Shown here in pieces: positions 8,967-15,837 of a DNA stretch of 30,998 nucleotides (positions within the stretch are counted from its first letter, which is position 1; every line of letters begins with the position of its first letter). The DNA comes from Myxococcota bacterium (lineage in GTDB: Bacteria; Myxococcota; UBA4151), in the NCBI GenBank assembly GCA_036338695.1, contig JAYZBQ010000053.1, forward strand, positions 1 to 30,998, in the 5' to 3' direction. A program made the position numbers and the translations under genes. Below the pieces are notes generated by a model, which was not told where the DNA came from, ran no database searches, and saw only the letters and a list, made by a program, of their open reading frames with translations.

Positions 8967-10289
8967 ATGAGTTCAGTGGTAATCGTCGGCGCCCAGTGGG
9001 GCGACGAAGGCAAGGGTAAGGTCGTCGACCGCTACGCAGCGCGCTCGAAGAACGTCGTCCGTTTTCAAGGTGGGAACAACGCCGGACATACGCTGGTGGT
9101 CGAGGGGGAAACGACCGTCCTCCACCTGATGCCGAGCGGGGTGCTGAACCGCGGGGTTCGCTCGGTGATTGGCAACGGCGTCGTGCTCGACCTCGAGGTG
9201 TTGGTGCGTGAAGTAAACGACTGCATCCGGCGTGGGTTGATCGACACGGCTCAAGGGACAAAGACCCTGGCGATTAGCGATCGAGCGCACCTGATCCTGC
9301 CGTATCTTGGGCGCCTCGATCGGGCGCGCGAATCCGTCGCTGGATCGGGCAAGATTGGTACGACGGGGCGGGGGATCGGACCGACCTATGAAGACAAGGT
9401 CGGGCGTCGTGGGTTGCGGGTCTGTGACCTGCTCGATCCGGATCGATTTCGGCAGCTCGCCCGGCAGCGGTTTGAGGCGGTTGATCGGTTGCTCAAGGAT
9501 CTCGGCGGTGAGCGCTACAGCGATGAAGAGATCGAGGCTGCCATCGAGCACCAGCTGTCGCTCGCTCGGGTCATTCAACCCTTCATCTGCGACACCTCCA
9601 AGCTGCTCTTCGAGGCGCGCCAGTCGGGTGAGAACATCCTTTTTGAGGGTGCCCAAGGGACGCTCCTTGACGTGGACCTAGGGACCTATCCTTACGTGAC
9701 CTCCTCCAACTGCATCGCAGGCGCTGTGTGCACCGGAGCCGGCGTCGGGCCGACGCAGATCGATGGGGTCGTGGGGATCTGTAAAGCGTACACCACCCGT
9801 GTGGGCGAGGGGCCGTTCCCGACAGAACTTCACGACGACCTCGGCGAGGCGCTGCGTGCTAAGGGGGGCGAGTTTGGGGCGACGACCGGTCGACCTCGGC
9901 GCTGTGGCTGGCTGGACCTCGTCGCGCTCAAGGCGTCCGTCCGGGCGAACGGGTTGACGGGCTTGGCGCTGACGAAGATGGACGTCCTTGACGGACTGGA
10001 CGAGCTCAAGGTCTGCACGGCGTATCGGCACGGTGACGCGCTGCTCGATGCGCCCCCCGCTCGCGCCGACATGATGGCGGACCTGGTGCCGGTCTATGAG
10101 ACCGTCGCCGGCTGGGGAGAGGAGACGGTGCGCGGTCACTCAAGCTTTGACCAGATGCCGGCAGCGGCTCAAGAGTACGTCCGCCTGATCGAGGCGTCTA
10201 TCGGCGTCCCCGTCTGTCTCGTGAGCGTCGGTCCCGATCGAGAAGAGACGATGGAGATCTCCGATCCTTTCGGTGGCGGGAGCGCATGA
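8967..10289 (+). CDS. purA: Adenylosuccinate synthetase
   Basis: 'GAQWGDEGKGK', 'RFQGGNNAGHT', 'IGTTGRGIGP', 'FEGAQG', 'GTYPYVTSS', 'EFGATTGRPRRCGWLD'. Likely start is ATG 8967 after AGAGGG. Confidence 0.99.
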   Translation: MSSVVIVGAQWGDEGKGKVVDRYAARSKNVVRFQGGNNAGHTLVVEGETTVLHLMPSGVLNRGVRSVIGNGVVLDLEVLVREVNDCIRRGLIDTAQGTKTLAISDRAHLILPYLGRLDRARESVAGSGKIGTTGRGIGPTYEDKVGRRGLRVCDLLDPDRFRQLARQRFEAVDRLLKDLGGERYSDEEIEAAIEHQLSLARVIQPFICDTSKLLFEARQSGENILFEGAQGTLLDVDLGTYPYVTSSNCIAGAVCTGAGVGPTQIDGVVGICKAYTTRVGEGPFPTELHDDLGEALRAKGGEFGATTGRPRRCGWLDLVALKASVRANGLTGLALTKMDVLDGLDELKVCTAYRHGDALLDAPPARADMMADLVPVYETVAGWGEETVRGHSSFDQMPAAAQEYVRLIEASIGVPVCLVSVGPDREETMEISDPFGGGSA

Positions 10290-11293
10290 GCGGCGGCTTA
10301 CGCTGTCGCTCCTGCGGTCGAGCTTTTCAGCCTCGCTTCGCCTATCAGACGGCTGCAGGTCCCGGTGGGGAAGAGGGCCCCTGGTGCAGCCCAAACTGTG
10401 TCCCTGCTTCGCAAGCGCAGCGAACCTGCTCTGTGTGCGGTACCCGCTTTGAGCCCGAGTTTGTGTGGCAGCTTGATGGGCAGCGGGCGTTTTGCTCGAA
10501 GCCCTGCGCCGGAATCGACGAGCGCGCAGGGTTATGCCTCGCCGTCATGAATCAAAAGGGCGGGACCGGGAAGACGACCACGGCGATCCACGTAGCCGTC
10601 GGGCTCGCAGCGGCGGGGGAGCGGGTCCTTTTGATCGACGCCGACGCCCAAGGGAATGTCGGCACCAGCTTGGACGCGTCGAGCCCTGGAAACCTTTTTC
10701 ACCTCATGATCGAGGGGCGCACCCTCGGTGATTTGATCGAGTCGGTACGCCCCAACCTTGACCTTTTGGCAGCAGACGCTGGACTGGCGGCGATCGACTT
10801 GCGCCTGCCGACCATGAAGGGGCGCTCGCGTATCCTGCGTCAGGCGCTGGAAGCGGGGCGTAACCGCTACGATCGAATTATCATCGATTGCGGCCCGTCG
10901 CTGAGCCTCTTGAACCAGAACGCGCTGTGCGCATCGGACGGGATCCTCGTGCCGGTGTCTTGCGATTATTTGAGCTTAGTGGGTGTTCGCCAGGTTCTCA
11001 GGACCTTGCGTAATGTCGGCAAGCTGCTCGACCACGAGCTTGAGCTCGTTGGACTGGTTCCGACCATGTACGACGGGCGGCGGCGCATCGACCGGCAGGT
11101 TCATCAGGCGCTGGTCGATCGTTTCGGTGAGCGCGTGGCACCTGCGATACGGCAGACGACTCGTATCACCGAGGCGCCGTCACGCGCCAAGACCATCTTT
11201 GAGGATGCGCCCACCTCGCGTGGCGCAGAAGACTATCGCCAGCTTGTTCGCTGGGTGAGCAAGCGGTCTTGGAGGGCGCACGATGTCGGATGA
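10286..11293 (+). CDS. ParA/Soj-family ATPase with two N-terminal 4-Cys zinc-finger (TRASH/FCS-like) modules
   Basis: Deviant Walker A 'NQKGGTGKTT', 'LLIDADAQGN', Walker B 'IIIDCGPS', 'TMYDGR' and 'RITEAPS'. N-terminus carries CRSC...WCSPNC and CSVC...FCSKPC. ATGA overlap with the purA stop. Confidence 0.92.
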   Translation: MSGGLRCRSCGRAFQPRFAYQTAAGPGGEEGPWCSPNCVPASQAQRTCSVCGTRFEPEFVWQLDGQRAFCSKPCAGIDERAGLCLAVMNQKGGTGKTTTAIHVAVGLAAAGERVLLIDADAQGNVGTSLDASSPGNLFHLMIEGRTLGDLIESVRPNLDLLAADAGLAAIDLRLPTMKGRSRILRQALEAGRNRYDRIIIDCGPSLSLLNQNALCASDGILVPVSCDYLSLVGVRQVLRTLRNVGKLLDHELELVGLVPTMYDGRRRIDRQVHQALVDRFGERVAPAIRQTTRITEAPSRAKTIFEDAPTSRGAEDYRQLVRWVSKRSWRAHDVG

Positions 11294-11558
11294 CCCTAAG
11301 CTGTCGCGCAACCCGCTCGCGATGCCCGAGGATCTGCTCTACGGAGCGCGGGACCTCGAGCCGTTACCTGCGAAGAAGGTGAAGCCTGCGCGCGATGTGG
11401 TGCTCTCAACCTTTAGCCTCTACCCAGAGGATCTCGAGCACCTCAATGAGTTGGTCACGGCGTTGAAGAAGTCCGGGCAGCGTGGGGTCAACAAGAGCCG
11501 CCTGGTGCGTCAGGCGCTCGCTCAGTTCAAGGCGTCGGACTACAAGCCGCCGCGGTGA
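11283..11558 (+). CDS. Small putative ribbon-helix-helix protein, candidate ParA partner
   Basis: GGAGG SD at 11271-11275 and an 11-nt overlap with parA. 'STFSLYPEDLEHLNELV...VNKSRLVRQAL' fits a strand-helix-helix pattern. Confidence 0.7.
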   Translation: MSDDPKLSRNPLAMPEDLLYGARDLEPLPAKKVKPARDVVLSTFSLYPEDLEHLNELVTALKKSGQRGVNKSRLVRQALAQFKASDYKPPR

Positions 11559-11559
11559 G

Positions 11560-12792
11560 TCAGCGCCAGACCGCAGGGACGAGCGCCGCCGGGACGGTCG
11601 CGGTCACGCGGTACAGCCCACCCAATAGGACCTGATCCCGGTTCAAGAGCTGTGGCCTGGGGTCGCTGATGAGCGGATGCGTCGCTCGCAACGCGCGGGT
11701 CGACCGCGCCGGCAGAATCGCGATCTTGCAGCCGAGCTCTCCCGCGTGGACGCTCGCTTGAGCGGGGCTTGAGGGGGGCGAGCCCACGTTGCCGATGCAG
11801 TCGCCTGCCTGCAGTGTCGCAACTTCCGTCTCGAACGACTCGGAGCGGCGCACGATGCGCACGGTCCCGTGGACGATCAGCCCAAGAAAGGGCTCCTTCG
11901 CCCCTTGTCCAATGATCTCTTCGCTTGGGTCCGCCATGCGCAGGCGAAATCCCCCCAAGAGCTTCGCCTTCTGGCTATGCTGTAGATCCCGGTACCCGGG
12001 GAGCGTACTGAGCAGATTGAGCAGCAGACGGTCGCGACAGAACCGAGCAAGAACCTCTGAAAATCGGGGGTCCTGGGCGCACTCGTAGTCAAGCACCTCG
12101 CTCGGGATCTCAAGCGCTGCGAGGTGACTGAGGCTCCGGACGAGCGCCGAGCGAGGTCGCCCGGTGAGGTAGGAGAAGACCCCGATGACGCCGCCGGCGC
12201 CGATCCGAGCGGTCTCGACCTCGGTACCATCGGGTTGGGTCTCGAGGACTTGCGCGACCCCTTCGGTGATGAGGAAGATCGAGTTGCCCAATCCGCCCGG
12301 CGCAAAGAGCGCGTCGCCCGTCTCAAGTTGGTGGAATCGACTCCCGGACACCAGCCGCTCGAACGCCCCTTCGGGGAAGAGCGACAAGACGGCGAGCTGA
12401 TCCCTCGGGATCTCGATCCGTGTCGTCGACTCGCCCTCGCCGGGGTTCGCGGGGATCGCTGCGTCCTCGCCGGTCGCCGCAGCCAGCAAGAGGAGGCTCC
12501 CCCCTTGCTCCTCGGCGCGAGCGCCTTTGGCGGCGTAGATGCGGCTGATCAACCGCAAGATGCGACGCTCGCCAGGAAAGCTCTCGAGCGCCTCTTTCGC
12601 CGTCTGAGCAGCCGCCAGCGCGTCCTTGTTCTCTTGATGCGCTCGGATCGCCTCACAGTAAGCCTCGACCGCCTCGGCTCGGCGCCCCTCTTGAGCTGCC
12701 TGGCGCGCCATGCTCTGCGCCTGACGGGCTGCTTGAGCGTTGGCGGAGCGCCGCCGGCTGATCAACGATGTCAGGGTCTTAATGAGAGTCAC
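11560..12792 (-). CDS. Tandem cyclic-nucleotide-binding domain protein with a helical (TPR-like) N-terminus
   Basis: 'LFAPGGLGNSIFLITEGVAQV...IGAGGVIG...RPRSALV' and a second 'IIGQG...LGLIVHGTVRI...LQAGDCIG' domain. The N-terminus is Ala-rich and helical. Confidence 0.75.
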   Translation of the reverse strand: MTLIKTLTSLISRRRSANAQAARQAQSMARQAAQEGRRAEAVEAYCEAIRAHQENKDALAAAQTAKEALESFPGERRILRLISRIYAAKGARAEEQGGSLLLLAAATGEDAAIPANPGEGESTTRIEIPRDQLAVLSLFPEGAFERLVSGSRFHQLETGDALFAPGGLGNSIFLITEGVAQVLETQPDGTEVETARIGAGGVIGVFSYLTGRPRSALVRSLSHLAALEIPSEVLDYECAQDPRFSEVLARFCRDRLLLNLLSTLPGYRDLQHSQKAKLLGGFRLRMADPSEEIIGQGAKEPFLGLIVHGTVRIVRRSESFETEVATLQAGDCIGNVGSPPSSPAQASVHAGELGCKIAILPARSTRALRATHPLISDPRPQLLNRDQVLLGGLYRVTATVPAALVPAVWR

Positions 12793-12887
12793 TGCGTCCC
12801 GCCGCTCCTAGCACACCACCCTAGGGTGAGATCAGCGATGGGTTCAAATGAAGTTCACGTCATTACGACGAGTGACCGAGTCGGCGC

Positions 12888-14393
12888 CTAGAAACGAATG
12901 CGCATATCAAAGTTGATGCTGTAGAACGTGCTGTTGATCAACTTGAACTGGTTACCGACGCCGTCAAAGGCGTAGCGGAAGTAGGGGCTGTACTCGTAGG
13001 CTTTGTTGATGGTTCCAGCCTCTTCGCCGGCGATCAGCGCACGGTCTCCTGGGTCGCCATCGTCGGCGCGCCCCGTCTTCTCGTCGGTCGTAAAGTGGCT
13101 GGTCTCCTGACCGATCGCACCGAGCAGGCGCGCCTCGAGCATCCCCGCTGTCGCAAAGCGCAGCCCGGCGTTCAAGCCGACGCGCGCGAACTGCTCTTCG
13201 TACGTGGGGCGGCCGAGCAGATCACTCATGCGGTTGAACTCACGGCCCTCCGAGACGTACTCTCCTCGGACCAAGACGTCGGTCTTGAGGTAGCTTTTCG
13301 ACCCCGCTCCGCCGCTCTTCCACAGGCTCGTCGACACGCCGAACTCCGTGCCGCCGATATGGCGTGGCTTGATCCCTGCGCCAAAGTCGATGGTCCGCGC
13401 CGGGTCGCCGGCGAAGTCCTGGCGCTTGTTGCGGCAGCGCGCAAACCATTGCTCGGTCGTCACGGTGCAGTCGCTCGCCAGGTGGTCCGGAGACAGGTCG
13501 AAGTCAGCCTGTTCTTGGTCGGTCGCCCGACCGTAGTTGGTGTCGTAGAGGTTCTGGCTGTCATAAGCCTGGGTCGCCGGGATCCCGAAGCTGTAGTCCA
13601 CCGCAAAATACGGGCGGAACTTTCCGACCCAGCGAGCCAAGACCGTGCGGGCGGTGATCCGATAGAGGCCTTCACTCACACCGCCGGGTGAGCCGGACGT
13701 GGCGTTGACTCCGACCGTGCCGCCTCGCAGCCCCTCTAAGTCCGGACCTGCATACACCAGCTCTCGCTCATCACCGGTCGGGAGCTGCGCGTTGAACTGC
13801 CAGTGCCAGGTCGGCTTGGACGGGTCGGCGATCTCGCTGAGCATGTCGAAGGCGAAGCCGACGTTTAGATCGCCGACGCTCGAGCGTCGGTAGGTCGTGT
13901 TGGCGCTGGAGTAGCCTTCTTGGAACGAGACGGCTGGGGTGCGCGTGCTGCGCGGGACACCTTTGTTGTAGACGAGTGACTGGTCTTGCGTCGGCTTGGC
14001 TTGACCATCGTAGATCAGCCCGGCCGTTCGGTAGGGTGCCGTGGCGGTCCAGGTCTGCTCCCAGTTGAGCACGATGGGGAGGTCGACGTAGAGCATCAGC
14101 CGACTGAACAAGCTGATTTTGAGCCGGGGCTCGATCACCTGCATGGAGCTCGTGTAGTTCGCCACCTCGGTGACGTTGTAGATCCCATCTGCGCCCTTGC
14201 CCTGTTGACCGAGCGTGGCGTTCTCGCCGCGCGTGTAAAACCCAAACTCAATGCGGCTGTCGAAGGGGTCGTCGCCGTCGCGTGGGTCGAGGTTCGTCGT
14301 GCGCTCGAGCGGCGCAACGAAGGTCGGCGCAGCGAGCGCCGGGCCCACGCTCAGCGTGAGCGTGACGACGGTGAGAGCAAGACCCTTTAGCAT
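12888..14393 (-). CDS. Secreted, probable outer-membrane beta-barrel protein (501 aa)
   Basis: Start ATG at 14393 after AGGAAAGGA; the track's 14573 start overlaps the upstream gene. Signal peptide MLKGLALTVVTLTLSVGPALA, amphipathic aromatic strands and a C-terminal 'INFDMRIRF' ending in Phe. Confidence 0.7.
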   Translation of the reverse strand: MLKGLALTVVTLTLSVGPALAAPTFVAPLERTTNLDPRDGDDPFDSRIEFGFYTRGENATLGQQGKGADGIYNVTEVANYTSSMQVIEPRLKISLFSRLMLYVDLPIVLNWEQTWTATAPYRTAGLIYDGQAKPTQDQSLVYNKGVPRSTRTPAVSFQEGYSSANTTYRRSSVGDLNVGFAFDMLSEIADPSKPTWHWQFNAQLPTGDERELVYAGPDLEGLRGGTVGVNATSGSPGGVSEGLYRITARTVLARWVGKFRPYFAVDYSFGIPATQAYDSQNLYDTNYGRATDQEQADFDLSPDHLASDCTVTTEQWFARCRNKRQDFAGDPARTIDFGAGIKPRHIGGTEFGVSTSLWKSGGAGSKSYLKTDVLVRGEYVSEGREFNRMSDLLGRPTYEEQFARVGLNAGLRFATAGMLEARLLGAIGQETSHFTTDEKTGRADDGDPGDRALIAGEEAGTINKAYEYSPYFRYAFDGVGNQFKLINSTFYSINFDMRIRF

Positions 14394-14445
14394 CGCGTGT
14401 CCTTTCCTGACCCCAAGCGTTATCCTGCAGGACACGCGCGGATGC
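14390..14445 (-). promoter_or_regulatory. Stem-loop covering the RBS and start codon of the OM-protein gene
   Basis: Perfect 10-bp inverted repeat cgcgtgtcct (14394-14403) / aggacacgcg (14429-14438), extendable by gcat/atgc over the ATG. Confidence 0.5.
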
Positions 14446-14463
14446 AACCTCCTAACGAAGGCG

Positions 14464-15837
14464 CTACTCCTCGCGGTCCCGCAAGCCGAGGTCGCGCATT
14501 TTCGTCTGCAGGCTCTTACGGCTGATGTTGAGCTGCTTGGCTGCATGGGTGATGTTGTTCTCGTTCTCGTCAAGCGCTCGCTTGATCAGCTCCCGCTCGA
14601 TCCGGGCGGTCGCTCGGCGGACGATGGACTTCATCCCGGTGTCGTAGTCTCGGATCGGCTGTTCATCATCGGCGCTGAGCGAATCGGGCAGGTGCCCAAC
14701 CGACAACTCCTCACCGTCGGCGAAGAGCATCGCCCGCTCGATGACGTTCTCGAGCTCGCGGACATTGCCCGGCCAGGAGTAGGCGAGGAGTCGACTGAGC
14801 GCCTCGGGCGAGACGTCACGGACCTGTCGACCGAGCCGCGCGTTGAACCGAGCGATGTAGTAGTGAACAAAGGTCAGGAGATCCTCGAGCCGATCGCGCA
14901 GCGGAAGCAGTCGATGACTCGCGACGTTGAGCGCGTAGAGTAGGTCTTCGCGGAAGGTCCCCTCGCGTGCGGCCGCCTCGAGGTCGCGCATGCTCCCTGC
15001 GATCAGGCGCAGGTCGAGCGGCGTGGCGTGAAACGAGCCAAGGCGGGTGACCGACTTTTCGTCGAGGACTTGGACGATTCGCGACTGCGCCGACTTGGGC
15101 AGCTTGTCGATCTCATCGAGGAAAAGCGTCCCTCCATTAGCAAGCTCGAAGCGCCCAGGCCGAGCGCTGACGGCGCCGCTCACGGCGTCGGCTTCATGCC
15201 CAAACAGCTCACTCTCGATCCAGTCGCTTGGGATGGCGCCGCAGTTGATTTTGACAAAGGGGCCCTCGCTGCGCTCGGAGGCTTCGTGGACCGCCTGCGC
15301 CACCACCTCATGACCGGTGCCTGGCTCCCCGAGGAGGAGGACGCTCGTCGGCAGATCCGCGACACGAAGGATCCACTCGCGCAGCTCGGTCGCCCCCTCA
15401 GATTGACCCAGGATTTTGATCTGCGCCGGGTCCGAGCCCGCATGGACGAGGCTCCGCATCGCAGCCGCTTGGTCCAGCGCCTTACGAACGGTCCGAACCA
15501 ACTGTCCGGAGTCGAAGGGCTTGGTCACGAAGTCGAAGGCGCCCTCCTTCATCGCTTGGACCGCCGTATCGACCGTACCGTGCGCCGTGATCACGATCAC
15601 CGGCACATCGGGCTGCTCGTTTCGAGACCAGCTCAACAGCTCAAGGCCCGTCATCCCCGGCATCCTGATGTCGGTCATCAGCAGGTCGATGCCGCCGCCA
15701 CGCAGGACGTCAACCGCCTCCTTCCCGTCTTTGGCGGTCACCACGTCAAAGCCCGACCTTGTGAGCAAAGCTTTGAGCACTTTTCGTAGGTTCGGCTCGT
15801 CGTCAACGACGAGTACGCGTTCGACATCGGTCGTCAC
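14464..15837 (-). CDS. NtrC-family response regulator (REC-AAA+-Fis HTH) with a degenerate AAA+ domain
   Basis: REC motifs 'VVDDE', 'MTDIRMPG' and 'KPF'. AAA+ motifs 'INCGAIP..ESELFGHE', 'GGTLFLDEI' and 'WPGNVRELEN'. HTH 'AAKQLNISRKSL'. GTG start overlaps the kinase stop. Confidence 0.95.
   Translation of the reverse strand: MTTDVERVLVVDDEPNLRKVLKALLTRSGFDVVTAKDGKEAVDVLRGGGIDLLMTDIRMPGMTGLELLSWSRNEQPDVPVIVITAHGTVDTAVQAMKEGAFDFVTKPFDSGQLVRTVRKALDQAAAMRSLVHAGSDPAQIKILGQSEGATELREWILRVADLPTSVLLLGEPGTGHEVVAQAVHEASERSEGPFVKINCGAIPSDWIESELFGHEADAVSGAVSARPGRFELANGGTLFLDEIDKLPKSAQSRIVQVLDEKSVTRLGSFHATPLDLRLIAGSMRDLEAAAREGTFREDLLYALNVASHRLLPLRDRLEDLLTFVHYYIARFNARLGRQVRDVSPEALSRLLAYSWPGNVRELENVIERAMLFADGEELSVGHLPDSLSADDEQPIRDYDTGMKSIVRRATARIERELIKRALDENENNITHAAKQLNISRKSLQTKMRDLGLRDREE

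Noticed and set aside
14394..14573. Upstream extension of the 561-aa ORF
   Set aside because: It overlaps the regulator's 3' end. The SD and signal peptide point to ATG 14393.
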